From NCBI GenBank assembly GCA_963920595.1, contig OY986947.1, forward strand, positions 5,084,001-5,148,000: DNA of 64,000 bases, written 5' to 3'. This stretch comes from Eimeria praecox. Taxonomy: Eukaryota. The notes under the pieces are model-generated. The model saw nothing but the letters and a program-made list of their open reading frames with translations, was not told the DNA's origin and made no database searches. A program made the translations under genes and the position numbers. This document shows, piece after piece, positions 37,841 through 51,063 of the stretch (positions are counted from its first letter, which is position 1; the number at the start of each line of letters is the position of its first letter).

Positions 37841-39264
37841 TGCATATCAGCTGCTTTGGGGGAACTCTTTTTTCAAGTCTTTGTCTGCATTGCACCCCAC
37901 CGCGTCTTTCGTATACGATTGATTGTCAAGAACCCTTACTACACAGCCACTACATTGGCACATGCCAGGTACCCGCCACAGAGCAACGCTTCTACAAGAC
38001 GTTTAATAAGCAATAGTTCAAGTCAAATACGATGAAACAACCAGATATCAAATTGTGGCTTGCTGTGCTTGTGGTTGGTGCCTTAGTGTAAGCGTGCGCA
38101 GGCTTGTCACTGATGTGACGCCGCCGCCGAACGCCATGCGCATGAGACGGGGGTTTCTGTTCCTTTTATACTTTACCAATTGAACTTAAGGGGAGATTTG
38201 ATAACGCATAAATTGCCGAGGGCGCATTAGGGCCTCACTGCAGTCTTGCTGTTGCCGGTAGTTAAACTGATATTAGCCCTGCTGAGCCGAATTCGTAGGT
38301 ACTAGAAAGAGCTTTTTTCGTGAAGGCGAGTTAGGCAGATGCCGCAAGATCGCGAATCTTTGTCAAGACTCACAGTTTTCATTATGTACGAAAACTGTGA
38401 AACTTGTTAGACAAGACACTTCCGATGGATTTGGACATCCCATCAGCGCTGCATGATGCCGCGCAATCCCTTACAAGAAGAAAGCTACATATTGTCCATT
38501 GTTTTACGGAGCGAACAATTCATGTTCGACCGCCTATGTCCTTCCTATCACTTCAAAAAATAATCTTGCTAAAAACGTAAGTTTAAAAGCTACGTATTTT
38601 TTAATTGAGAGTTCGATGAAAAGATTTACCATATAGAAGCGTTTGAAGACCTTGCTGCGTAGCGGTGCTAGGACCCGGCAACCGATCGTCGCTAAGCAGT
38701 CCGATTGCGCCAATGAAAACTTCTTAGCTCCAGACCTGCCATCATTTACCTTCTCACTCAGCCTTAGTTGAAATATGCAAAGATCAAGGCTTCAGTGTCG
38801 TGTGCGCTCTTGCAGCACCTAATGCCTCAAAGCTGGCCACCAGTATCGGGTTCGTCCACGCTTGTGTTCAGACCAGGGTCTCGGCTTTACTCTTATCGTC
38901 TTCAACAATATTTCAAAAGATATTATCCTGGACAAACTACGAGCTTGTGTGTTACCGCTGGTGTACGAGATTGTGGGGACACTGGTTCGCGGCGGGACGG
39001 CGGTTGCCCGAGCAAGGCTCACGTTGTGCTCGCCTGGGACCTTACCAGAATAGGATGTGAACAACTGTGAAGTCTCCGCTTCTAACAACTTGGAGGTTGC
39101 TGTCGGGTCCATTACATCGGAGGGCACGGCTCTAAGCGTTTCGATTGGGTAACGCGCAGCTACGGTTCAGCAGGGGGCATTCCGCCAGGTCTTTCTCTTC
39201 GCAGAAGCTCTTACACCGTGAACTCCTGATCAGAAGGACACTGAACGAAGGAAAACCGAGCAAT

Positions 39265-40700
39265 ATGCAGGATACAAATGCAGACGCGCGGTTGCTTGAG
39301 GACGGTGTTGCAGCTGCCGAAACTGTTGACCGCACCAGCACATCTTCGTGGAAGGAAGCAGCACACAGGAGAAAATATATCAAGAAAGCTCAGTACTTGC
39401 TGGTATTCAACTTGTCAGTGGGTCTCCTTCTTGGCTTAGTGTTGGCGTCTTTCTGTATAAAGTGCGTCCTTCCTTACAAATTCCTCAGCAACTGCTGCGC
39501 AGTACCCTCCGTATAGAAAATAACATTGAACCGGCCACCAAAATATTGTCCGCCGCCTCCATTGATGCAGAATGTTCGGGAATCTGCATATGTCCACAGG
39601 CCTGGGCTGGGTTACCCATGGATGCCGCACCGCCTTCAGCGTGTTTTCCTTCTCCTTTTTGCTTGGGAGTTCCACCTTTTTTTCGTCGCCCCACCTATCT
39701 GCTTGCTGTGGATGCTTAGCTCTGTGGCCAGGGCAAGCCAAGGTGAGCGCCTCAGACAGTACCCTGGGGAGTTGCATAATCCAAACTTCCCATGGACGTA
39801 ACCAAATTTTCGACGACCAGCTCGTCAGAGGCTCTTGTGCATCACTTTTTCTATGGTGTTTCAGGTACAGCTAACGGCCGCGACTCGGTGTGCATCCTTT
39901 TCCTGGCAATTTGTGAGTTTGGCTGCGGGGTGTGCGCGTCAGCAATGAGCGCATTCAGCATCTACACAGGAAAGGTACTCGGCCCGAGGGATGCTGCGAA
40001 TGGCTTGATCACACAACTGTCTTTTGGAATGGGGGCATGTCTACTTTTCACCATCTTTGGGAACCCGAAGTTTCGCATAGCAAAGAGTATCAACAGCCGC
40101 GCAGTCCGGTAAGGCAGTGTAGAAGGCGCTGGACGACCGCTCTTGCGCTGTTGCAGCAGGGACTTAGTTCAGCTCTAACAATGTGTCCGCGCGTGTGGCC
40201 CCGTACCGCGCATCATCTGTGAAGCGCGTGCGGTTGCACCTTTTGCACTTGAAGATGCACCTGCAGTTGTGTGTATTCCGTCAGACTTGAGGCAGAGCTT
40301 TCTGTAACAGGAGCAATCTTAAATATGACGTTAGCCCTCTCCGCCGCGTTGGCATTGGCGCAGTCTAGCCTCCCGGGGGAGAAATTGTCGGTGCGCTCAT
40401 TGGAACATAAAGTTCATAATACCGTTGTCGTAGAACTGTGTACGGCCAACCAGCGCAGGTCGCATCGCCCGACTGGAGCGTGCGCCGTGGCGCAAGTGGC
40501 GCTGCATTGAGTAAGAAATGGATAATTTGCTATGCTGCATTCCTGTGACCCTTGTGCGACCGCAGGTGATTGGAGCAGCGGAGTACCCAGTCATGTTCCT
40601 TGGTGCTTTGCTGTTGGTAAAGTCACTAACGCACCTGACGAAAGAACTGTTGTACCAGCGAGAAGCAGCGTCGAGAGAGAGCGTGACGCACCAAAGCTGA
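39265..40700 (+). CDS. Multi-pass membrane protein, probably cation diffusion facilitator (TMEM163-like); multi-exon
   Basis: ATG at 39265. Hydrophobic exons: KKAQYLLVFNLSVGLLLGLVLASF; CILFLAICEFGCGVCASA; SFGMGACLLFTIFGNPKFRIAKSINSRAVR|LEAELSVTGAIL; PVMFLGALLLVKSL. The KF..AK.INS.A...EA segment resembles the CDF TM4-TM5 region from memory. The family call is tentative. Confidence 0.55.
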
Positions 40701-41308
40701 CACAGTATGGCGGCTATGTGCGGCAGAGTGATTGATTTTTTTCGTTATGGCCAACCGATATCTCCCAAAGCACAGGTGTGATGTGGAAGTATCGAGGCTG
40801 TAAGGCCAGCACGTGGTGGGATTAGCCACCCAGCGCCTTGCCTAAACTTCGCCAAACCAAAGTACATGAATATTAAATGTTTATGCCACCGTTCCTCAGT
40901 GGGTGGTGGCCTTCGCTCTTGGACGCAAAGTGGTAACTGGTGCGTCCCTCAAGCGCAGTTGCAATTTGGAAATAATACCGATAGATGCACTGATATTATA
41001 TGGGAACCATACAAGCAATAGAGCAGTCTGTTGTATCGTTCCCCTATAGGGAGCACCACAACATTTCAAATCCGCCTAGCCCGCTGGGCTGGGTCGGTGC
41101 GGGTGCACTACATTGGCATTCCGCCGATCTATCTTTGTGTAATGAACTGGACTACCCAAGCCGCTTTACCCTACCAATGGTCACTGGGCGGTACCCTGGC
41201 CTGAATTGGCTGGCGCCGCCTCTGTAGAGGAAAACGTTAGCCAGCAGTGGGGAAGCTGAAGGGTGCCAATTCATTAGTGCGCTATGCAGTGAGCGAACAC
41301 CCTTTGGA

Positions 41309-42709
41309 CTACTTTAACTGTTCATCTAGGGCATATATTTCAGCAGCATCAAGCTCTCCAGGCTCTAGCTCATCGCACGCTGGCTGTGCGACTTCTTGCT
41401 GCACTGGTGCCGGCGGCACATCCACGTCGGTGTTCGCTCTCTGAGACCACAATTCTGCCTCTGCAGTCCTTTGTCGGCGGATCCGCTGTCGCTTAAGCCT
41501 CCTCTGTTCCCTGTTCTGCTCATCCCAAATGAATCGCTTGTCTTCTCGAGGAATTCTGCATCGGTTCGCACGCATGGTTTGTTCCTGTTGCATCAACTCC
41601 TGATATTTAGGGAGGCAACTCGAGTTAGCATCCTCAGTGTCACAATGTGGTGTCCACAAACTTAGAACAGTGTGATCGCGACTATGTGAAGGCCTTATGA
41701 TAGGCACTGCTGTTGCTAAAGCGCCTGTGGCAAATGCTGTGCCACAATTGCTAACCTATCCTGCAGAAGGCGCAAAAAAACACCTCCTGGGGTGCGGCGA
41801 CGCCCATCTTTGGTCAGCATGCCGCCTCTGGCTTCAACTTGCTAAGGCACAGCAAAAAGGGCAAATGCATGTGGCAGGCATGCTGTATTAGTGCCGCACG
41901 TGAGTTTTAGCTCAGCTCTTCCATGTTGCTCATGCGTCACTGTGTTGGGCTGAGAACAGCAGTTCACCACTTACCAATGTCTCCTCAAGCAGTTCTGCAC
42001 ATTCCGAAACGCCTCTTCGATGAATAGCACGCTCTATCAATGCCGTATTCTTCTCCTTCAGGAGAGCGCACAGTCGTACTAGGCAATCAATCTCCGATTC
42101 ATCTCGCAGTAACTGGCGGACGCCGTTCAAAATTTCCGCACGAATTTCAGCCTCCTCAGCGCCATCCGATTCAGGATTACGGAGTATTTTGCCAAAGGAA
42201 TCCCCCGAGAGCAACAGGTGACTGCCGCATTGCTGGTCCACAGTGACTCCTGCTCGTTGAAACAGGCCTCTGCAAAAGACCTCCTGAGGATGGGGACCAC
42301 TGTTTCCCAACAGCTTCTGGGTTCCGTTTTGATCCGTTGATGCTGTCACGCTGGATCCCCATGAATACGCTTCATGTTCTACTTCGGCATACGAGCGCTT
42401 TACGCCCCTCGGATCATCCTTAGCACCTGCCGTGTTGCTCCCGTCCTTCACTACAGTGCACCGTGCGTTCTCCGTCAGAACTGGGGGCCGCTTTGCCACT
42501 GCTATACCAGCTTGGGCCCCGCTCTGAAGCATTCCGACGAAGGCTCGCCTTTCCCGCTGAAGCCTCTGGGCGGCCCCTAAGCACGCCCGGTGATTGATGT
42601 CGGCTGACAGAGGGCTAGCCTGTCTACGGTTCTTTCCTCCGTCAAAGCTTATAATGCCCTCCTTATTTGTATGTATATGCTTTTCTGCCCTCCTCCTCGA
42701 TCTTGACAT
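41309..42709 (-). CDS. PHAX: PHAX RNA-binding-domain protein (snRNA export adaptor-like); probably 3 exons
   Basis: Exon 1 ends LCALLKEKNTALIERAIHRRGVSECAELLEETL. The exon at ~41760-41845 reads VEARGGMLTKDGRRRTPGGVFLRLLQD, containing the PHAX signature RRTPGGVF. The last exon reads IPREDKRFIW...EQLK*. Confidence 0.8.
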
Positions 42710-43519
42710 CAGACTGGGGCCCGAATTGGGGGGTTCCGACTGGTCAAGAAGCGGGAACGGTATGCAGCACCTGGCACTTCAGTTGGCCTAGTATTCGGGG
42801 AAAAGGAATAGAGGAACAACATAAAAACAACTATCTGCAAGCAAGCTTTGAGGCATAAGTTTCTGGTAAATGGCTTAAGTCGAATACTAACAAGGCACTT
42901 CTGGTTGCGCTTGTCAGCCAGGATGCATAGCATGCCAATGCGCCTGGTAAGAAAGCTCAGATCTATTACACGGGAAAATCTGGACTTGAAAAGTGGTTTA
43001 GCCCTTCAAAGTGGTTTTTCGGAGTCTTTACCGTATTTGTCTTTCTCTTTTGGCAGAATCTGTCCTGGTTAGATATTGCAAGAATGTAAAGTAATGTGCT
43101 GGGTGCATGCCTCGGAAATGCGTTGGCTACCAGGGGTACTTGGGCGCATTAAGACTCAAACAAAAGTTGTTCGAATTCAGTTTTTCCTGCTGAAACGGCA
43201 TACGAGGAGTAGCTGGGAAGGCATTCAGCCCCCGCCTTTTCCCGTTTTGTGGCGAGTTTGGCTGTTGCCGATGCAGTATGGCCTGTCAGCATGTGCATGC
43301 AACTGCATTTGCGTGTATGTTGTCTTCTGAAGGCCAAGTGAGCGTTTAACAATTGACTACGGTGTTCACATCGACTGGGGGCTTGAAGATGCTGGTGGGC
43401 TTGCTCACTCGTGTTGTAAAGTGTATCCTCGGTCGTAGCTGAGGACAGCCGCGAGCTGCAGTAGAGGTGGCAGACTTAACGGAACAATCCCGCCAGAGCA
43501 TCTCACCTCCTTTCCAGTT

Positions 43520-44170
43520 TTCAGACTTCCTGCGCACAGCGGCGCAAGGGCATAGACTCATATGGACAAGGCAGTTGTAACGAGTGTACGGGATCTTATC
43601 TGAGGACTTTGGCGGGCTGCAGTAGAGTCAACGGCTTAAAGAAAGAGTTTGGAGAAAGCCTATGTCCTCCCCTCCAGCACTGTAGCCTCCTGATCACAGC
43701 GGCCCAAGGGCACAGAGTGGTCACACTAGCTGGGCTGTCCTAGGCTGCAACCCATGTTGCCGCAGGTTTTGCTGAAAGACAGCTCCGCATTGGCGAACAT
43801 CTGTTGCACCTTGTGCAGCATACTCAAGCATTGTAGAATGCAGTGTATAAAGCCGTTAAACATTTGCTTGGCCTTCCATACATACCATGGGTGCTAAGGA
43901 CAGATATGGATACTAACATCACACAGGCCATGGTACAGCTGGCCAGTCCTCGCTCTTCGGTGACTGCTGCCGCTTCTAATAATAGATCCAAAGGCTTAAA
44001 TAAAGACCTACCCAAAAGCAGCTCACCTCCCCAAAAACATTGTGTCCTCCTGGGCACACCGGTCTAGGAGCCTGGGGCAAGCGGGGGCACACTGGCATGT
44101 CTTGGGCTGCGCTGCACCGTGTTTGCAGATAGTACTGTAATGCAGCCCCACATACACGTAAAGCCAGTGC
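43520..44170 (-). repeat. Dispersed repeat family, cluster of about 3 copies
   Basis: The reverse complement shows the same blocks at ~43520-43560, ~43665-43880 and ~44030-44170. Confidence 0.65.
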
Positions 44171-44349
44171 ACCTCGTCTTAACGCACTAGCATTGCAATG
44201 TGTAGTGTCAGTCGTGAGGCACTTACTTGGCCCTCCACAACAAATGCGCGAGCATGCAGAGACACAAATACCAGCATCACACAGACCATGGTCTATCGGA
44301 AGTTGGGAAGCATTTTTCTGCAGGCGATTGTTTGGTGCTTTCTCCAGAT

Positions 44350-45420
44350 GTCACCCTACTGAGACAGCAACTTCTATGTCACTGCCATTTCTCGAGGCGT
44401 GTCGAAATCGGGGACCACGATTTCTGGAGACGATAGCAGGCGTCTGATGACGCTTGTGGGGGCTTTGTCTGTTAAGTGCGTTCAAGCTGTTTGTCGTACT
44501 TACGCAAGACCGGTTAGAGGGGAGGCGGTGCGAGCGGATCCAGGGATGAAGTTGCGGTAGTGAAATGAGGGGCGGAAGAAGAACTGCTGAAGGTCCTTGC
44601 ACGAGTCCAGGGATATCGGCCGCGTCTCAATCGCCTATGTCTTTGCCGAATATGGTTAGACTCCTGCTGCAGCTACATGAATCCCTAAGTAGCTACTCGC
44701 TTGCATGCTAAACGAGCATTTCTGTACTTCGACGGCCCTCTGCGTTTCGCGTAGCAGCATCTGTGGCCTGCCGACCAGGCCACAGATGCTGCAAATACTT
44801 GTGCGCAGTGCTGCGGAACAAGATCAGATCACCCGCACGTACTGCCATCTGTCACTCATTGGCTGGCCACAAGTTAGTTGGGGCGTACCTTTCTCGGCAA
44901 TTCGGCAGGCGCATTCAAGAACACAAGTGGCATACAAGTGTACCCTAGTTTGCACGCGCAGCAATGTCTATCGTTGGGAAGTACTGGAATTGGCTAAATG
45001 CAAGAAAGAAGTCAAATTGATTAAAAAGGTGCCAGCGGCCAAGGCGTTTGCAGGGGACAGCACTGGCTCATCGGAAGCATCTGGCTCACCGTGGGTTTGT
45101 TGAGGGACTTGAATCCGACGCGCATGCGCCGCCTCCCGCCCTCTATCTTCCCCAGCACTGGTTTGCGCCCCAAGCTGCTAGTTGACGGTTGAGCCTTGCC
45201 CATTTTAGCAATGCTTCTGCTTAATGCTCGATGTTTTCTTCAAGATTTGGGAGTCACAATGAAGTTGGAGCAGAGCTTGTGCTGGGCCTGGAATGAGTTC
45301 CATGCGGTGCGTTGAGCGTCCAGTGGGTGGTCGGCCAGCAAGGAGCTCCCTCTTATTCAGTACGTCTGAGAACTCTTCTTCGAATTTGTCCGGTTCTTCT
45401 GGTCTTCGGATGTTAACTGG
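44350..45420 (-). mobile_element. Ancient degenerate Ty3/Gypsy pol (RT and connection) relic
   Basis: Minus-strand translations in RT order: EEEFSDV...LAGRPP...HRMELIPG; QPSTS...RMRVGFKSLNKPTV; MPLVFLNAPAELPR; AGDLILFRS...YLQHL; YLGIHVAAAGV*P...KDLQQF...YRNFIPG...ASPLT; LLSSPEIVVPDFDTP. Many stops and frameshifts. Confidence 0.75.
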
Positions 45421-46589
45421 ATCGAATTAACCCGAAACGCTGTCGGGACGATGATTTCAGCTGCCTTTTCCTCGCGGGTGAAAATGCTGTTGGGAGCGCT
45501 GAGAAGTGGACTGTCGAATCACTTCCGGCTCCTCTACTCATAAGTGCGTTTTCTCGAGACAGCATGCAGGCCCTTCACTGCATAACGGCATGCTTAGGGT
45601 TATGTGGGGGTGAACTGGTCCAACATAGAAGCGCTGTGAAATAGTATTCTGAATAGCTCACATTTGAGCCGCCTATTGTTTTCTATAGTTTAATCGAGTT
45701 TCTGGCTTTAGCTGCCATCCCCAATGTCGTGAATAGTGCTCTGCTGTATCACCACTAGTCTGCCTTGTACATATCTGAACAGAAAACAGATGGGATATGC
45801 GCTCCACACTTCGCACGTTTCGCTCAACATAGCCTTAAAATGTCAAATATTGGTTTCTTATTCATATTCGAGGACCAGTTCTCCTAGCAAGAAGGACTGC
45901 CTGTCCTTTTCAGAGATCCCCATACTGGCCCCCTGCGGGTCAGCGACCCGGGTAGAGCACGGCACTCGCAACCAGCCCCAAACCCGCTGGGTTTGTGGCG
46001 CAGTATTGGCTTAAAAGCATTATTCCCTTTGCAATGTAGATAGATTTATGTCTAATAATATAATATTCGTGTCTACTTTGCCGGATAGACCTCTAGTGTT
46101 CAAATTCAAGTAACATTGTGGTGCTTGCGCACTACGCATATACGCTGCGCCAGTCATATCTGGATGGTCAGCACAGGAGAAATGCTTCATGAGATGTGAT
46201 CGGTGAAAATGCACTCTGTACCCAATAGGATGCGATGGGATGCGGAAGTAGAACTTCTTTCTGCTCTCCGGCGCTCCTGATCGTTGGTCGCCTCCCCACC
46301 GGAATGAAGGTAAGGAACAACCTCCGCTAAGCAAGGTCAGGAAACGGCTGAAGCTTCTATGAGCGTCTTTCGGGGAAATATGTTTTGAGGTCTTTTGGAT
46401 TTAGTTTCCTTTTTATACATAATGGGTCCCTGCAGCGGGGGTCGAGATCCGTGCTCGCGCCTGCCGCGATGAACCACGCGGTCCTGCCGAGTGGATCAAG
46501 CGTAACGAGAGTTTTCGGTTTTGCGTAGGATTATCACGAGCAGCAATAGCGCCAAATACCCAAGATGGCTTTCGTAGAAAAAGCAGGTG

Positions 46590-46820
46590 AGGTCCTCTCT
46601 GATCGGATGGCCTCCTGGGAACAGCAGCCCAAGGGCCTGGAGGTAGGGGACCGAGGGTAGGCCTGCCACGGGGTGCAACGCTCCTTACACCTTGGAGCAG
46701 CTAGTACTGCAAGACATCTCCACATGCATACACAGCCAATAACCCCTGTACCTCAGGCCGTACAACTGTAGACTATAGTGCAGACTATCTGCATAAACAC
46801 ATGCTTGACCTTCCATCATG
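46590..46820 (-). repeat. Dispersed repeat family, copy
   Basis: Reverse complement: GGTCAAGCATGTGTTTA...TCTACAG...TGGCTGTGTATGCATGTGGAGATGTCTTGCAGTACTAGCTGC...GCCCTTGGGCTGCTGTTCCCAGGAGG. Confidence 0.7.
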
Positions 46821-49049
46821 ACCTTGTGCTCACGCCGGGATACGATTAGCATCACACAGGCCATGCAGCGCTTGCGGTGTCACTAAGTGTAACGAGTGTC
46901 CTTGACCGTAGCAGAGTACCGTTGTGAGCTGCAGCAACGTCAAAGCGCGAAGCGCCGTGAAGAAAGAACTCACAAAGAGCAATTGATGCCCTTCCAGCCT
47001 GTTTGCCCCGTGCGCGCAGCATCTCATGAGCCTGTCATTGGATACCATGCACCTTGGTACAACAGGTGAGGCAAGATACCCCCAAATACTCGCACAACAT
47101 AACCTTTTGCTGCATGCGCTAGCATGGTGGACTGTAGTGTTGACAATCGTTAAATACTTGCTTCGCTCTCTATTGTCAGCCTGCGAATACGTGGAGATAC
47201 GAATATCAGTATCAAACAGGCCATGCTGCAGTGCGGGGCATTTGCCGAAGTGCGTGACTGCTTTTACTTTGTGTTCAAGCCTGCCGCTTGTCTTACGTTG
47301 GTAGAGCTGCTAGAGGGGCACAGATACAAGCGAATCTGGGGACGAAAGTAAGGTAGTATTATGAGACACCGAGGTATTTCTGAGCGTTCGCGCGGGTGCA
47401 GACGAATAGCTGTCACACGCTGATGGCTTCACCTTCCTCCGATCGAGTTGAGCTCCTGCTGCAACTGGATGGGACCCGAAACCACTGATATCTTGCAAAA
47501 AAGAGAGCACTCGCCCCCCTGCATGAACCACTGCTCCTCACTTAGCCTGAAACTCACGCTGCATGTGCTGAAAGTTTTCCTAGGTACCGTGGGCAAAGAG
47601 ACTCATGCTGCCCATGCATATAACCATACAGCCATCAATAATGTGGCCCACGAAATTGTGCAAAACATGCTGCTGCTGTCTGACAGATGCGTTTGCGTGC
47701 TCATAGGAGATACAGGTAGATTCTGGCGCAAGCGTGGAATGCAGTCTTCTGCCTATCGTCGGGATGCAATGAAATACGAAAAAAAGCATCTGCAAAGTCA
47801 TGTGGTGCAGGTATAGCTAAGCCTCGCATGCAGTTTAGTAATTTGTCAGACCGGAGCATCGGAAGCTTTTTTCACCGTCTGCCTATTGAAGGACTTCAAG
47901 GGGGCGTAGATGCACCATACCTATCCCCTTTCCTCGCCAACATCGGAATGTATCCCAACACACCAGGGGGCAGCTGAACCTTTGGCTCTTCATTTCGTCC
48001 GCCTGTGGATTTCTACTTGAAGATTCGGCTGATGCCTGTACCTCTTAGCAAAGCTTTGGATCTGCGGTGAGTTCGGTTATCTGGGCATCCATCGGGTGGC
48101 CACCCCTCTGGAAACTTCTTCCTGTTGCTCGTGTGAGAGCTCTTCCTTCAACTGTACCTACTTTTAATGCTCATCATGTTTTAGCTATATCCAAGTTTCC
48201 AAGATTGGGCTCCAAAGAGCCCAATCTTAGGAAGTTGGATATACAGCCACAACGGAATGCTTGATCTGAGCTATTTCCCCCATTCCCTTTCCACTGCCTT
48301 GGTTGCTCCTGAGTCCTTTCTTCTTCAGACACTGATGCCCACTTACCCTGTAGGATACAAATGCTATAGGGAATGCTGATATATGCACTCTCACATTGCT
48401 TCATGGCCATACAGGCGTCAGTGGCGACTTCTCATTTCGAATGGCCGCCCTCCATTTAGTCACGCACAGTATACCTAAGGCTCGCTGTAAACTAGTCAAT
48501 CGGCGCCCCTGCTCAGCAGGGGCTGGCATGTCTCGATGCAGCAATCTATCGGCAACTCCCACTGATTATGCTTTTTTAATTCTGCCACACCTTGATACTT
48601 CGTATCCCTGTGGACAAACTACATCACAGAACATATTGAAACGTTTCCATAATGCGGATTTACTGCGTAAGGTGCCATTCCATAGGAAGAGGAACAAGCA
48701 TCGTGCCCCCCTTCTACTAATGATAAAAAGTCGCGCTTGCAGCCCTTCTAATAGATATTTCTCCTATGCTGTTCCATCGAGGGGAAGGTACTATTTGCTC
48801 AGTTCCTAAAGGCTCCCAAGCTGTTCACGAATTTCCTTCTTGGTGAAAATATTGTCCGTTAGATGGGAGGTGGATTCGGCACTTCCAATGCAACGAACGC
48901 CCATCCGTTGGCCGTTACCTTCCTGAGGGCTGGCCTTGATGAATCTTTTCCAAGTGGCAACCTTGGCAAATATTTTAGGGAGAGTATCACCAACATCCCT
49001 TGCTTTCTCGGGGACAAAATTCTCTGTTTCTTCATGCACAGCACCTGAA

Positions 49050-49260
49050 GCTGGCCCCCCTGCAGCCTCCAGGCTTCCTGGGCACAAAAGCACAAGTGCC
49101 TCGAGATGGTAGATAGAGGATGCAGCCCGCCATATGTTTAGGCACTCCATGATGAAATTGGTGTTTTAAGGCACCTCTGCATGCACCAGCACTCAAACAC
49201 CCTCTTCATGCTGGCACTACAACTGTAGATAATTGTTAACACTAACTTGTCCCTCACCAG
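49050..49260 (-). repeat. Dispersed repeat family, copy
   Basis: Reverse complement: GGACAAGTTAGTGTTAACAATTATCTACAG...TGTGCCCAGGAAGCCTGGAGGCTG. Confidence 0.6.
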
Positions 49261-50250
49261 CCAACACGCACTAACATAAACATGCAAGCGTGCATGTATC
49301 AACTTTAGACAGGCCTTCCTAAGCTGCCAGGAGGCCCGCCTGTGACGTGTTGCAGCACCGTCTGCGAGCCGGAAAGCCCTACTCAAAAGAAACATATCCA
49401 AGCCGCTTACGATGCATACGCAAACACTGCGCTTGATTGATAAACACGTACAGAAGCTAAGCGGGCCAGAAGCATCTCCCATCTCCGGTGTACTCACACC
49501 TCAGCGCGTTCGCCTACCCGCGACGCGGCGCAGGTGGCTTGAAAAGAAGCGAGATGGACTGGGAACGTCTCGAAGCCGAATGGGGATATATTCAAGAAGG
49601 CGTAGCTAAATTTGGACCGGTGTGTCTTCTAGGAGAGCTGCGCTTTTAAAAAGCCGTGGAGGTGTGCAGCATCTCTATGCGATGACTTTACAGAATACTT
49701 CACAGTTGATGGCTACACTGTCAAATCACTAGGAGAGACTGTAGCCTGTCAGAAAAATCATACTAAAGGAAATGAATTCTACTGTCGAAATTAACGGCGC
49801 AACAGCAGGCATGCATGTAATTGCTGGCCTAATAAGCATGTACCTGAAGCTCGACCTGTTCAGGGGACCCCTCAAAGGATCCTGGCAGCGAAGTGCTACC
49901 TACACGTGTTGGTAGCCCCATGGAGACATTCTTGTTCATTATAATAATAAGATGGAGTTAATTACTATCTTCTGACAGAGAAAGCATGAGAAGCGGAAAA
50001 TCCAGGTGAGTGATCGATCATCCGTGTCGGCGGCTGGTCGGTCAGCCAACGCGTTTACTTGCCAGGTATGCTGAACTCAGATGGTAAAGCGTAACGGGGC
50101 AAAGATCTCCCATCCCCGGACGTTGAACTATTGCATTCATCTTTAGACTCAGGGAGCGAACAGGAAACTTCTGCGCACCTTGGGATCGCTGCACTCCACC
50201 ATCTCAGATCGGCAATCTTTTACCTCGTTCTGAAGCTCCCTTCGACAAAA

Positions 50251-51063
50251 ATGTGTTCCAAGGCCTATGAGGGAGGATATATCCTTGCATGGCTATGCCT
50301 CTTTACAGTGGCTAATTTTGTCATTGATGGCAATGCGGCATATGCGGACCTGACCTCCACAGAAGATGCTCCTTTCCTCGGATTGAGCCAAGCTTCGGAA
50401 AATTACTCCATGAAGGACATGGGGGACACCTACTCCATCCTAGGAGCCGCAGATACTCCACTACAGATACCTGAAGGCAATGCATCTGCCTATACAGAAG
50501 GCCCTCTACCTTTCCCCCCAAGCAATCAGAGCATGGCAAAGCAGGAAGGTGTTGCGGAGGAGCAATTAAGCCGGCAAAGACCCCCTGAAAGAGGCGTTCA
50601 ATCCATGGTGATCACGGAAGCTTACCTCGTGGGCCACTATGCAGAACAGAAGCTCAAGCCTCCCGACAAACCATTTTGGATTCAGAGGATGATGATTTTG
50701 GGTCTGTTTCTAGGTTGGATGCTCATAGGCCACCGTGCATCCTCTGAAGGCGCTACAGATGGTGTGACTCGTGCTTTCTTGGCTATATGGGCTGTAAGTC
50801 TCTTGATGTCCCTCCTCGGCAGGACGCCAGAGCACTCTCATGTTATTATTGCAAGTACCGGTGCGAATGGACAAGGCCAAACTGCCGGGAGTAGAATGAC
50901 GAGGAAGTCCACCCTGCGCAAAGTACTCGCCAATGTGTTGAGTGCGATCCTGACGCTTTTCCTCCTAGTCGTATTTGGGCCGGTAATCTTTTTCGTTACG
51001 GGGGTTTTGTTAGCAGCGATGCTCGCTGCTGTTCTAGGCATCGCAATATGTCTCTTGCGGTAG
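50251..51063 (+). CDS. Single-exon hypothetical protein with N-terminal signal-like hydrophobic segment and ~4 C-terminal TM helices (270 aa)
   Basis: Start context caaaaATG. N-terminal YILAWLCLFTVANFV. TM-like segments MMILGLFLGWMLIG, AFLAIWAVSLLMSLL and VLSAILTLFLLVVFGPVIFFVTGVLLAAMLAAVLGIAICLL. Confidence 0.7.
   Translation: MCSKAYEGGYILAWLCLFTVANFVIDGNAAYADLTSTEDAPFLGLSQASENYSMKDMGDTYSILGAADTPLQIPEGNASAYTEGPLPFPPSNQSMAKQEGVAEEQLSRQRPPERGVQSMVITEAYLVGHYAEQKLKPPDKPFWIQRMMILGLFLGWMLIGHRASSEGATDGVTRAFLAIWAVSLLMSLLGRTPEHSHVIIASTGANGQGQTAGSRMTRKSTLRKVLANVLSAILTLFLLVVFGPVIFFVTGVLLAAMLAAVLGIAICLLR

Noticed and set aside
38820..38860. RYWWPAL on the minus strand, resembling an integrase zinc-finger region
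   Set aside because: A single short match without the flanking H/C residues or downstream catalytic motifs.
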